Of a stretch of 64,000 nucleotides of DNA, positions 18,384-27,617 are shown piece after piece (within the stretch, counting starts at the first letter, position 1; each line of letters begins with the position of its first letter). This DNA is from Escherichia phage A221, in the sequence record ON862890.1. The stretch is one strand, 5' to 3'. Below the pieces are notes generated by a model. The model searched no databases and had not been told where the DNA came from. It saw only the letters and a program-made list of their open reading frames with translations. The translations under genes and the position numbers were made by a program.

Positions 18384-19190
18384 TTAAATGAAAATTTCAT
18401 TAATACTATTGAATTCGATTTTGTGCTCCTTACCACATTTCGGACACTTGATCGAACTCTTGTAGTGGATGCGCGGTATTTTGTGGAAGAAGTTCTTCGT
18501 AATGCTGTCAATAACATCTGATTCGATGTTATCCTTCACCCATTCAACAAACGCTTCTTTCACACGGCGGCGCTCAGTAGCCTCTTCCGGAGTGATTCCG
18601 ATTTCTTCAGGATTCTCAACCTTCCACACCTGACCGTCATCATCGTACAGACAGTCGATAAAGGTGGCCAGCATCATCTCAACGCTTGCAGCATCAGACA
18701 GTGCCGTAGCGTCCGAGAAGGAAGGTTGGCGCATCTTGAGGTGATATCCACCTGGCAGGTCAAACGTCTCCCGGAAGCCGTCCTGAGCAATGCATTTGAC
18801 GTTGTTCAACGGGATAGGTAGAGTCAGTTCCTGCTCACAGGGAACCATCTGGTGCTTTTCTTGACCATCTCCCAGATCGATCATTTCTTCAATCTGATTA
18901 TTGCACTTATAACGAATCTTCATCAATTCACCGATGGAGATCATGCGCATGCGGATGAACACTTCCTCAACAACGCCGATTGGCAGTTTACTGAAAGGTG
19001 CGCCTGCATTTACACACTCGCTAAAGAGACTCTCCATCATGGCCGCGCGTTCTTCAATCGGCGTTTGCGGATCTGACACCTGAAGTAATAAAGTTTGTTG
19101 CCCCGCAGTAAAGGCGCGATATTTGATCACAGTAGGCCAAAAGTCGCTTTTATATGTCTTTTCTGTTCTGGGCAATGATGGTAAATTCAT
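18384..19190 (-). CDS. hypothetical protein with C-terminal zinc ribbon (possible baseplate-hub-associated)
   Basis: C-terminal CPKCGKEH motif; ATG at 19190 with RBS GGAG; tool start 19304 is upstream in-frame. Confidence 0.45.
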   Translation of the reverse strand: MNLPSLPRTEKTYKSDFWPTVIKYRAFTAGQQTLLLQVSDPQTPIEERAAMMESLFSECVNAGAPFSKLPIGVVEEVFIRMRMISIGELMKIRYKCNNQIEEMIDLGDGQEKHQMVPCEQELTLPIPLNNVKCIAQDGFRETFDLPGGYHLKMRQPSFSDATALSDAASVEMMLATFIDCLYDDDGQVWKVENPEEIGITPEEATERRRVKEAFVEWVKDNIESDVIDSITKNFFHKIPRIHYKSSIKCPKCGKEHKIEFNSINEIFI

Positions 19191-19233
19191 AATGTATCTC
19201 CACGGTATATTGTAAGAGTAATTATAACGAGGA

Positions 19234-19764
19234 ATGAAAATGCGCGGATTTTGTTTTAGTGAAATAGGCAAAGAACTGTCTATACAATATCCCGATCCCA
19301 ACACAGACTTCTTTATCTTCCTGACCGATTATGCCAAGAAAGAGAATATCCTCCATGTGGCAATGAAACACGAAGATTATAAGTTCTGCCGGCTGGGTGT
19401 CAAAGACCTGCTGCGTTATGGTCTACAAGTGGTCATCGTAGACCCATACTACAGCCCTATCGACGATGAAGAAGTTCTGCCCGTATATGTTCACCGCAAC
19501 ATCAATACATTGGAAAAGCATTATCCAGATTGTATTGTCATCGGCGAACTCATCTCGTATTATCATCGTGTGCGAAAGCTGGAACAGATTAAAAGTTATT
19601 TTCAAGAGGGTGTTGGTCAATATAAGATGAATGCCCTTAGTAGTGGATGGATGGTGCTGTCTTCAGCAGGCAGTGCTGACTATATTAAGATGCGTGTCTA
19701 CCAATACGTTGTGGAGCGCGATTATGAACTGGAGAAAAGTAATGCAAAACGAAAAACCCGTTGA
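19234..19764 (+). CDS. hypothetical protein
   Basis: 176-aa ORF divergent from 18384-19190; RBS GAGGAA. Confidence 0.45.
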   Translation: MKMRGFCFSEIGKELSIQYPDPNTDFFIFLTDYAKKENILHVAMKHEDYKFCRLGVKDLLRYGLQVVIVDPYYSPIDDEEVLPVYVHRNINTLEKHYPDCIVIGELISYYHRVRKLEQIKSYFQEGVGQYKMNALSSGWMVLSSAGSADYIKMRVYQYVVERDYELEKSNAKRKTR

Positions 19765-20233
19765 ACGTGCTCCGATTGAGGAAGTACAACAACACGTCCT
19801 GGACCTTATGAAACACACAGTTTCTGATGCCGAAGGTAAAGTGCCGGATGAGTTCATCGGTGCGTTCGATCAGGTGGCTTTCGATACCGAGGGAGTTCCT
19901 TTGATCCAGACGATCGCTGGTATGGTTTTGTTTGAACCGAAAGCAGTAGAAAATGGCGTAATCGTCTACTCAGCCAACATTGGTGTGGACGGTGAGTCCC
20001 TGTCTCTCGAAGTTAGCAACATTGCTAAGTACCTGATCAAGTGTGGTTATGATCTGCAGGTTGTGACAGCCCACTATATCGATCCTCAGGGGCAGATCTC
20101 CTACGGTGATGAAGCGCGCAAAGTGAAACGCCACATCGACACTACCGTGATCCTGCAGAGTATCCAACAGATGCAGAAGAACCTGGACCACCCTGGTCTG
20201 ATCCTGCCTGACAGCAAAATCATCACTCGTTAA
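19741..20233 (+). CDS. hypothetical protein
   Basis: ATG overlapping upstream gene end; 164 aa. Confidence 0.45.
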
Positions 20234-20284
20234 CCCAGCGTAAATAGCCCATACACCAATGAAACTTTGTTATGGGCTATTTAC

Positions 20285-20875
20285 ATGAAATATTGCGGAA
20301 TCGACTACTCCTATGGTTGTCCATCCCTGTGCTTCTGGGATGATAAAGACCCTCTTGATTTTGATCATCTGCGCTTCTACGCATATTATACTGTGGAGAA
20401 GTACTGCACTCAGATTCGTCAGAACATCCTTATCATGAAGCAACCGAAGTGGGAGACCCCAGAAGAACGCTTCTATAACATCTGTAAATGGGCTGAGGCT
20501 GTCCTGTTGACTGAGAAGCCGGATGCGATCACTCTTGAAGGGTATGCTATGGGCAACTCTAAGAACTCCAACAACATATGCCAGACCGCAGAGAACACCT
20601 CACTGTTGAAGCAAGCCCTGCGCCGTAACAATTTCGACTTCCAGATCGTGACGCCATCCCATGTGAAGAAGATGTTCACCGACAAGGGCAACGCCGATAA
20701 ACACGCCATGATCGCTCACTTCGAGTCACTGTTCAATGTTAGCATGCGCGGTATAATGGATATGTTGGAAGTTAAGGATCCTAAGCCAATCGATGACCTC
20801 GTGGATTCGTTTGCAATAATGGCTTGTGGCTCTTACTTCATTGAGAATAATCCAGACTTCAACAGAGGTGTATAA
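20285..20875 (+). CDS. putative RuvC-family Holliday junction resolvase
   Basis: N-terminal YCGIDYSYG resembles RuvC GID catalytic motif; acidic residues at expected downstream positions; about 197 aa. Confidence 0.35.
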   Translation: MKYCGIDYSYGCPSLCFWDDKDPLDFDHLRFYAYYTVEKYCTQIRQNILIMKQPKWETPEERFYNICKWAEAVLLTEKPDAITLEGYAMGNSKNSNNICQTAENTSLLKQALRRNNFDFQIVTPSHVKKMFTDKGNADKHAMIAHFESLFNVSMRGIMDMLEVKDPKPIDDLVDSFAIMACGSYFIENNPDFNRGV

Positions 20876-21186
20876 TGGTCGATTACTGGTTGTTGGCGAA
20901 CTTCCTGACGTTCGCTTTGTTGTTAGTGGTTGTCTTGGTCTGGGTGAAGTCGTTCTTCACTCTGGTTCATGCGTATGTGTACCAGATCAACTTCTACACA
21001 CTGTCCCCACATCGTGACACGAACGTTCGTGCCGATCAACAGGCCGAGGCTATCCTCTCATATCAGTTCATCCACATGCGCGATAAAATGATCAAGCGTG
21101 TAGTGTTTTCTACAGTGATGTTGCTGGTTATCATTATGGTACGTTTCGTGCTGACAACCGTGGGGGTGTTCCATGCCGCTGTATGA
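20875..21186 (+). CDS. small membrane protein
   Basis: Two hydrophobic helices; RBS AGAGGTG; start overlaps upstream stop. Confidence 0.45.
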   Translation: MVDYWLLANFLTFALLLVVVLVWVKSFFTLVHAYVYQINFYTLSPHRDTNVRADQQAEAILSYQFIHMRDKMIKRVVFSTVMLLVIIMVRFVLTTVGVFHAAV

Positions 21187-21418
21187 TTATCAATGCAAGG
21201 GCTGTGGTAACGCGATGACACTGCGTAAATCTATTGCAGATCGCCACGAGCCTGAATCCAACCCCTGTACTGAGTGCGGAGGGGAGATTAAAATGATCGT
21301 GGGTGCTCCCAAGATTGTCTCTGGGGTGAAGGGACCGCAATCAGCTCCAGACGGCTTCAAGGACGTCTTGCGTACGATAAAGAAGGGTTCGGGTAAGGGG
21401 AACACAATCGATGTCTGA
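21173..21418 (+). CDS. FmdB-like zinc-ribbon protein
   Basis: MPLYDYQCKGCG ... CTECGG pattern typical of FmdB family zinc ribbon. Confidence 0.5.
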   Translation: MPLYDYQCKGCGNAMTLRKSIADRHEPESNPCTECGGEIKMIVGAPKIVSGVKGPQSAPDGFKDVLRTIKKGSGKGNTIDV

Positions 21419-21656
21419 CGAAAAACAGCCAGCGCTTGTGATGACACCAGAATTATTTTCTGAAATCGTCCTACTACGCGCTGCCCAAACCAAGGATAGT
21501 ATCCTTGAGACTCTGGCAGCTGTCTGTGAAGAGAACGACATAGACGAGACCAAAGTCAAAAAGATGATTACAGCACCATTGTTGTCACGACTGACAGCTG
21601 AGTGCTCCGATGCGCGCCTGATCAAAGACGCGCTAAAGTCCAAGAAATTAGTGTAG
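21411..21656 (+). CDS. hypothetical protein
   Basis: 81-aa ORF overlapping upstream stop. Confidence 0.4.
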   Translation: MSDEKQPALVMTPELFSEIVLLRAAQTKDSILETLAAVCEENDIDETKVKKMITAPLLSRLTAECSDARLIKDALKSKKLV

Positions 21657-21663
21657 GTCTATT

Positions 21664-21903
21664 ATGAGCAAAGAATCAATTTACAGCGCAATGAAAGCCT
21701 CCGAGTTCCTTCCTGGCTCTATGCGCTGGCGTGTGGGTAGCCTGAACGAGCATGCCGACCAGACGGATCGTATTCGTTACGTTACCCCTGATGGTCGCTC
21801 ATATGTCGTTGAGTATCACACGCACGACGAAGGCAAGAAGACGTTTTCGGACGTGTTCGACATTATTGAAATTGACCCAGCAAATCAAGTGCTTAAAGGT
21901 TAA
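21664..21903 (+). CDS. hypothetical protein
   Basis: 79-aa ORF. Confidence 0.4.
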   Translation: MSKESIYSAMKASEFLPGSMRWRVGSLNEHADQTDRIRYVTPDGRSYVVEYHTHDEGKKTFSDVFDIIEIDPANQVLKG

Positions 21904-21916
21904 TTCAATGTAAGAT

Positions 21917-21940
21917 CGGGGTATAATTACCCCGCTTTGT
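21917..21940 (+). terminator. terminator hairpin with TATAAT in loop/stem (terminator-promoter overlap)
   Basis: CGGGGTA-TAAT-TACCCCG followed by CTTTGT; contains GGGTATAAT box about 75 nt upstream of gp32 start. Confidence 0.45.
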
Positions 21941-22002
21941 AGCAAACTGAAAATACATGTAACAGAATAGCCCTGAGGGGCGGAAACAGAGGAAATTAAG
22001 AA

Positions 22003-23019
22003 ATGGGTAATTTATTCGATCGTCTGAAAGCGTCCCGTGGCCAGCAAACTGAAGCTATGCAGGCGCGTCTTGCACAGCAAGGCCAGAAGTCCGGTTTCCA
22101 GAAGGATCCTCGCATCTGGAAATGGACTTGGAACAAAGATGGTATCTCCGAGAACATCATCCGCTTCCTGCCAGTCCCGCTGGTAGACCTCAAGGCACAG
22201 GAAGAAGGGACGATCGATAAAGATCAGATCCTCACCCCTTGTGCCATGATCATGAAACATCAGTTCCAGGGACCTGGTGGTTGGTACATTGAGAACTCAC
22301 CTCAGACGTTCGGCAACGACGATCCGGTGCGCGACCATGACCGTCCGCTGTGGGCGCAGCAGAAAGAAACGAACGACGAAAAGCTGAAGGACATCCTGAA
22401 GAAACGTCTACCCGACACCAAATACTACGCTAACATCCTGGTGATCAAAGATGTCAACGTACCGGAAAACAACGGCAAGGTCTTCCTGCTGGAATTTGGT
22501 AACGCCATCAAGAAAATCCTGGATCAGGCGCAGAATCCTAAGTTCCCAACCGACCCTAAATTCGATCCGTTCGATCTGTGGGAAGGTGCCAACCTGAACC
22601 TGAAGCTCTTTGGCGAGCAGAAGAAGTTTGGGAACTGGGAAGGTCTGGTGGCAAACTTCAGTAAGGTGGTGTGGGAGAACCCTGCCCCGCTGAGTGATGA
22701 CGAAGCGTATATGGAAGACGTCTGGTCTCGCGAGCACAGCCTGTTTGAATTCTTCAATCCGGCTAACTTCAAAGACTACGACTCCCTGGAAAAGCGCCTG
22801 CGCAAAGTTCTGGCAATCCCTGATGACCAGCCTCTGGTTGAAGGTGGTGCAGCCACGATGGCTCATGCTCCTAGCACCCAGACTACACATCAGCCAACTG
22901 CTCAAGACAGCCTGAAACAGCAACAGGCCGCGCCGTCGCAGGCTCAGGCTCAGGCTCAACCAGATGCCAGAAACACGGCTTCCATTGACGACTTCGAGCG
23001 GTATCTCAAGTCTAACTGA
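22003..23019 (+). CDS. 32: single-stranded DNA-binding protein (T4 gp32-like)
   Basis: Motifs IIRFLP, YYANILVIKD...PENNGKVF, WEGAN match T4 gp32 VIRFLP, YWANILVVKD...PENEGKVF, WEGAN; acidic C-terminal tail. Confidence 0.85.
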   Translation: MGNLFDRLKASRGQQTEAMQARLAQQGQKSGFQKDPRIWKWTWNKDGISENIIRFLPVPLVDLKAQEEGTIDKDQILTPCAMIMKHQFQGPGGWYIENSPQTFGNDDPVRDHDRPLWAQQKETNDEKLKDILKKRLPDTKYYANILVIKDVNVPENNGKVFLLEFGNAIKKILDQAQNPKFPTDPKFDPFDLWEGANLNLKLFGEQKKFGNWEGLVANFSKVVWENPAPLSDDEAYMEDVWSREHSLFEFFNPANFKDYDSLEKRLRKVLAIPDDQPLVEGGAATMAHAPSTQTTHQPTAQDSLKQQQAAPSQAQAQAQPDARNTASIDDFERYLKSN

Positions 23020-23046
23020 TCAACAAGCCATCTTCGGATGGCTTTT
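23017..23046. terminator. bidirectional terminator between convergent genes
   Basis: Hairpin AAGCCATC-TTCG-GATGGCTT followed by TTTTATTTT. Confidence 0.6.
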
Positions 23047-23990
23047 TATTTTCCCAACACGTCTTGCAATATTCCCAACAGGCTTGTCTTCTCCGCCGCC
23101 GTCAGGTTATCGTTACCCATGATGTCACGAGAGATACCTACCGAGATGCGCTCGAAGTCCTGTATGCTTATCCCAGCCAGGTTGTTTACAAGTTGGTCAA
23201 GCTGTTTGTAAGCCAGGAGAGCCTCTCCTGTGAAGTTCCCTTCTTTCACCTTGCGATAAAGCTGTCCAGCTTTTGAGGCCGCAGTTTCCCAGTCACCACT
23301 GGTAAGAGCGTCAGCAATGCCGAGAGGAAGAAAATCGCTGGAAAGGCTGCGTGTTTCATATTCTGTCTCCGAAAGCACTTTGTTGTAAGAGAAAGAAATG
23401 TTGTACTGGTTGAACTGGTCTGTGGCACCTTTATCCAGCTCAATAGAACTGAAATTTATTGGGTGAGCCTCGACGATGTAGACGCGGTGGACCACTTGAT
23501 CTTCGGTGTCAAGCTGTTCAATGCATATGTCAGTCACGAAGTCTTCGTAATATCCCATTTTGGTGGTGTGTGGATCAAAGATCAGACTCTTCCACTTGTC
23601 CATCACAGACTTCTCATAATAGTCATTGGCTAATAAGAATGACAAGTCGAGGTCGACGTTGGACTTGTTGTTCGGCATCTTGATGTGATTACCGTTGTTT
23701 GTCATTGGAGTGGTGTCGATACCAACTCCTGGCAATGAGGCAACCATACACATCATCTGAAGGGAACGGGACGTCTGGTTTGTCCCTCCAAAGAAAGCGT
23801 TTACAATACGGGCTGACTGCTTAAACAAGTCACCGAAAGATGAATTGGTTCTATACGCCTTTCCGTCATTAGCCAGAGTGGCATTGGAGTCAAAGATCCC
23901 TGGTGGTAGAGGGATGGTCACTCTGAAGCGGTTCTTGCGCGACAAGCCCCGCTGTAATATCTGTGTGATAAAATTGCGATAGTCTTCCAC
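23046..23990 (-). CDS. hypothetical late protein (314 aa), possibly structural
   Basis: GTG start with RBS GGAG; perfect late promoter TATAAATA 35 nt upstream on minus strand. Confidence 0.5.
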   Translation of the reverse strand: MEDYRNFITQILQRGLSRKNRFRVTIPLPPGIFDSNATLANDGKAYRTNSSFGDLFKQSARIVNAFFGGTNQTSRSLQMMCMVASLPGVGIDTTPMTNNGNHIKMPNNKSNVDLDLSFLLANDYYEKSVMDKWKSLIFDPHTTKMGYYEDFVTDICIEQLDTEDQVVHRVYIVEAHPINFSSIELDKGATDQFNQYNISFSYNKVLSETEYETRSLSSDFLPLGIADALTSGDWETAASKAGQLYRKVKEGNFTGEALLAYKQLDQLVNNLAGISIQDFERISVGISRDIMGNDNLTAAEKTSLLGILQDVLGK

Positions 23991-24024
23991 GGTGAGGACT
24001 CCACTTAAATAAAATAACTGTTAT

Positions 24025-24032
24025 TATTTATA
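24025..24032 (-). promoter_or_regulatory. T4-type late promoter box TATAAATA (minus strand)
   Basis: Plus-strand TATTTATA = TATAAATA on minus strand, upstream of 23990 start. Confidence 0.45.
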
Positions 24033-24043
24033 GGAGTTGACAA

Positions 24044-24748
24044 ATGGCAAAGAATGCAGCTGGCGAAGAAGATCCGTTGCTGTTTCCGGCCGAGATGGAC
24101 GCCCCCGAGCTGGTCAAGCGTTACATCCGCAAGTACCGTCAACACTTCGGTCCAGAGGCGAAGCGTAACATCCGCCGTTCGCATGTGTGGTTCATGGAGC
24201 GTGTGTCTAAGGACGCCAACCTGAGTCCCAACCATATGAAACAGGCGTTTGCTGATCACAAACGTCCGGTACAAGGTGTGCGGTATATAGTCGGGCGTAT
24301 GTTCTATTTCAAATATGATGCTCTGACGAAGAATGAACTACCCTACTGGGATATGTACCCTCTGGTGTTCTTCTTCAACTTTGTCAAGGGTGATGGTATC
24401 ACCTTTGGAGAGAAGGGTGTGACATACCTCTGGGGGCTCAACATGCACTACCTGCCACCGAAGCTCAGGCTGTTGGTGTTTGAGGATCTGATCAAGTTGC
24501 GTAACGAACGGGCATACCGCTCAAAGACGCGTCTGAAGCTCACCTGGGAAGCCCTGAAGCGCTTCGCCAACCATCCGCTGTACAATCACTGTGTGAAGCT
24601 GTACCGCGCCGATCAGTTCCGTTCACAGCTTTACGAGATTGAGCCACAGTACTGGGAGATCGTTCTCTTCATGCGCACTGCCCGCTTCCAGAAACAGAGC
24701 CAGATGTCTGTGTGGAAAGATGCACGTCGTATGCATAAGAAGAAATAG
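24044..24748 (+). CDS. hypothetical protein (234 aa)
   Basis: RBS TAGGAG; basic C-terminus; no recognisable motif. Confidence 0.5.
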   Translation: MAKNAAGEEDPLLFPAEMDAPELVKRYIRKYRQHFGPEAKRNIRRSHVWFMERVSKDANLSPNHMKQAFADHKRPVQGVRYIVGRMFYFKYDALTKNELPYWDMYPLVFFFNFVKGDGITFGEKGVTYLWGLNMHYLPPKLRLLVFEDLIKLRNERAYRSKTRLKLTWEALKRFANHPLYNHCVKLYRADQFRSQLYEIEPQYWEIVLFMRTARFQKQSQMSVWKDARRMHKKK

Positions 24749-24810
24749 TTCTATAACCCGTTCCGAGGGATAATTCGTGAACAGGTAATCCTAAATGATG
24801 AGGCTATAAC

Positions 24811-25560
24811 ATGTCACAAATTTATCGTATGTTCGGGTTAGAGTTTACCCCAGCTCGCCTTGATATGAAACTCCCAAATTTTGAAAAGAGTGGATTCGAA
24901 GTCGGTTGTGTTCTGGGTTTCGATCGAAACGGCAGATCCGTTCGTGAACAAAATATTTTCGATGTTCTGGGTGTGAAACCGGACAGTGAAACAGCAATCC
25001 GCTTCGAAGAGGACATCCGTTTTGGTCATTCCGACCTGTACGATTATGTCCGTGATGTGATCGCTGGTTATGAACACGCTAAAGCACACATGAAGATGGC
25101 CACCGATGCATGCCTGAAACTGGCGCATTGTCTATACTTCTTTGGTCGCAAGCGTCAGAATCTCGATATGGTATTCCCATCAGAACTGCTTGAACGCTTC
25201 TCTGAAACCGAATTTCTACTGAAGCAAGCCGACGGAGTTGCTGTCAAATCTAGTGAAGTATTCAAATACCCGATAAATCTGGTTTCTGGACATCTGCTGG
25301 TAGGGCGTGATCAGGTCGACCTGGCGATTCATCCGGATATGGAGTATGATCAGAACTCCTGTCGTGCCATCCACAACTACGTAGGTGTCATTCTAGAAAA
25401 CTTGTACTCAGCCATGGAAGAAGTGATGGCAGCAGAACAACAGGAAGAAGTGATTCGTCGTATCCGCGAAGATATCGAAGGGAAGGTGAAACAGGATGTT
25501 CTAGGGGAATATCCACCAGAGTATTTCCCTGAAGTTCCAAACTTCTACTTGTCCAAATAA
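24811..25560 (+). CDS. hypothetical protein (249 aa)
   Basis: RBS GAGG; no recognisable motif. Confidence 0.5.
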   Translation: MSQIYRMFGLEFTPARLDMKLPNFEKSGFEVGCVLGFDRNGRSVREQNIFDVLGVKPDSETAIRFEEDIRFGHSDLYDYVRDVIAGYEHAKAHMKMATDACLKLAHCLYFFGRKRQNLDMVFPSELLERFSETEFLLKQADGVAVKSSEVFKYPINLVSGHLLVGRDQVDLAIHPDMEYDQNSCRAIHNYVGVILENLYSAMEEVMAAEQQEEVIRRIREDIEGKVKQDVLGEYPPEYFPEVPNFYLSK

Positions 25561-25580
25561 CTCCACTGTGAGAGGTGTGT

Positions 25581-25856
25581 ATGAAACGTTATCTGAAGCT
25601 GACGACTGTCCTTGAGTCGATCATAGAGTATTTCATCATGCAACACCTCCGCGCCGACAACATGCATTTAGACGGTTGCCTGACGTATGACCACAAGATC
25701 ATTGTCCATTCTGTTGAAGTGGTGGATGATGATCTGATGATTGCAAATGTAGAACACTGTCTGTTTGATGAGTCGGTTGATGCGTACTGTCAACCACGGT
25801 TCGCAAAAGTCGAGCTAACAAATTGTTGGCCGCCGGAAATGGTTTTTCTATATTGA
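25581..25856 (+). CDS. hypothetical protein
   Basis: ATG with RBS GAGAGG; tool start 25575 is GTG. Confidence 0.4.
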   Translation: MKRYLKLTTVLESIIEYFIMQHLRADNMHLDGCLTYDHKIIVHSVEVVDDDLMIANVEHCLFDESVDAYCQPRFAKVELTNCWPPEMVFLY

Positions 25857-25902
25857 CGTAGAAAGTTAATATTCACGCAAGTTCGCGCTCCGCTTGGTCG
25901 CG

Positions 25903-25935
25903 CACCTTATAACACTAAGGTGTTAACTTTCTTTT
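25903..25935 (+). terminator. rho-independent terminator
   Basis: Hairpin CACCTTA-TAACAC-TAAGGTG followed by TTAACTTTCTTTTC; flanked by 9-bp inverted repeat GAAAGTTAA/TTAACTTTC. Confidence 0.45.
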
Positions 25936-25947
25936 CAATAAAAAGTA

Positions 25948-25976
25948 GTTTACATCTATGAAAATGCAGTATATTA
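25948..25976 (+). promoter_or_regulatory. sigma70-like promoter candidate TTTACA-N17-TATTAT
   Basis: Near-consensus hexamers with 17-nt spacer in a 190-nt intergenic region upstream of 26046. Confidence 0.4.
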
Positions 25977-26045
25977 TGTTCTCACTACACAGTCAGAACA
26001 ACAATATGCCGCGGATACGGTCTTAATAACGAAAGGGTTTTTATT

Positions 26046-26882
26046 ATGTCATATATTCTTCATGTGGAATCTGGAACCAAAATTGAAATTGAAGGCAAAG
26101 ACGTTGCTGCTATTCAGGCTGAAATCAAAGAAGCAGGTCTGATCATCGGAAACGTTACCCTGCGCCGTATGGTTGAAGGTGTTCTTCAGGCTGCCAACGG
26201 CTTCGAACTGATTGAAGGTCTGAGCGCCGAAGAGAAGGAAGAAACCCAGCAGGCTCTGGCGCAAGCCCAAGAGCAAGCCCAAGCTGAAGTATCCCTGAAA
26301 GTCGCTGAAACCGTTGATACTGAAGCACCGATCTCTGCCGATGCATGTGTAGCCCCAGTGTCCGACGCCCCGGTAGACGCGGTTGAAGATGCCGTCAACG
26401 CGGCGCTGGAAGAAGGCAATCAGCCGTCCGACGCGAAAATCGGTTCCTTGGCGTCTTCGATGCTGAAAGAAGCATCGAAGGGTAAGACCCTGACCCCGCA
26501 GGCAGCGCTGGTAGAGCGTAAACGCCGTCACACCAAACGTGAGGAAATGGTTGACTTGGCTCGCGCTTCTAATCACGGTCCGGTCTTGGCGGCGATTGAA
26601 GCTGGTGTTGTCCCCGGCGTGTTCCTGAGCTACGTGAACCCAGACATGCGTTGGTTCCAGTTCCCGGTCACCGAACTGGCTAACCCTGAAAACCTTCATG
26701 CTCGCACCAATACGTATGTCGACGTTGCGCCTATCGTTTCCGGTGGCTGGGGCTTCAGTCTGTACGTGAACGGCAAGTCCTTCACCAAACGTCAGAAGAT
26801 CAAAGAGTCTGATGCTGAGTCTCTGGTTAAGGCGATCAATGAATGGCTTCCACAGGCTCTGGCTGAAGCGAAAGCTGTGTAA
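26046..26882 (+). CDS. hypothetical protein (278 aa) with acidic low-complexity linker
   Basis: First gene after long intergenic region; AQAQEQAQAE repeat; no recognisable catalytic motif. Confidence 0.5.
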   Translation: MSYILHVESGTKIEIEGKDVAAIQAEIKEAGLIIGNVTLRRMVEGVLQAANGFELIEGLSAEEKEETQQALAQAQEQAQAEVSLKVAETVDTEAPISADACVAPVSDAPVDAVEDAVNAALEEGNQPSDAKIGSLASSMLKEASKGKTLTPQAALVERKRRHTKREEMVDLARASNHGPVLAAIEAGVVPGVFLSYVNPDMRWFQFPVTELANPENLHARTNTYVDVAPIVSGGWGFSLYVNGKSFTKRQKIKESDAESLVKAINEWLPQALAEAKAV

Positions 26883-26900
26883 ATTTAAGTTCAGAAACTG

Positions 26901-26927
26901 TTCAATAGATGAAGGGGTTGCTATAAT
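26901..26927 (+). promoter_or_regulatory. promoter candidate TTCAAT-N15-TATAAT inside imperfect hairpin
   Basis: GGGTTGCTATAATAGCAGC box followed by TTTTGTTT; upstream of kinase start 26958. Confidence 0.3.
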
Positions 26928-26957
26928 AGCAGCTCCTTTTGTTTATCGGAGCAGTTT

Positions 26958-27617
26958 ATGTCCTACTCCCTGAAGGGGCTGATGAAGCGCCCCGTCCACA
27001 CATTCTTTAAACCACCCGTCGTAAAGGGGATCTACCCAGCACGAGGGCAAATCTACTACGTCAAAGGCTCCAATGGTAGCGGTAAATCCACTGTGCCGTC
27101 TCAGCTGGCGGAGAGGGATCCTCAGGCGTATGTCGTGACCCATAACGGCAAGGTAATGCTGACTGTCTGTCCTTCGTTCAACGTGGTCTGTATCGGTAAA
27201 TATGACAAGTCGAAGTCCAAGGGGGTTGATTCCCTGAAGGACACTGAGCAGATGTTGTTCGCGTTGTCTATTGCTGACCAACCAGAATACTTGAAATATG
27301 ATGTGATTTTCGAAGGTATCATTCCATCAACATTATTGAGTTCTTGGATCCCCCGCCTGACACGCCCACCACGTGAATTGGTTGTGCTCTTTATGGACAC
27401 TCCCCTTGAAACGTGTATCTCCCGCGTTAAATCACGTAACGGTGGTGTGGACTTCAATGAAGGTCTGGTGGTCGAGAAGTGGGAGAGAGTTCATGACCAT
27501 CGTCAACGACATAAAGACTTGTTCCCTACGGTAGCTGCGGGTATGATGAAGTCTCACGGCCTAACGGTAGACCAGGCTGTGATGGCATTCCTCTGTCGTG
27601 ATTTTGGGAGTATCTGA
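26958..27617 (+). CDS. P-loop kinase, polynucleotide-kinase-like (candidate modified-nucleotide or DNA kinase)
   Basis: Walker A VKGSNGSGKST resembling T4 Pnk GCPGSGKST; first gene of coupled operon. Confidence 0.6.
   Translation: MSYSLKGLMKRPVHTFFKPPVVKGIYPARGQIYYVKGSNGSGKSTVPSQLAERDPQAYVVTHNGKVMLTVCPSFNVVCIGKYDKSKSKGVDSLKDTEQMLFALSIADQPEYLKYDVIFEGIIPSTLLSSWIPRLTRPPRELVVLFMDTPLETCISRVKSRNGGVDFNEGLVVEKWERVHDHRQRHKDLFPTVAAGMMKSHGLTVDQAVMAFLCRDFGSI

Noticed and set aside
26049-26699. 216-aa ORF on minus strand
   Set aside because: Antisense to 26046-26882, which follows a promoter and has an RBS
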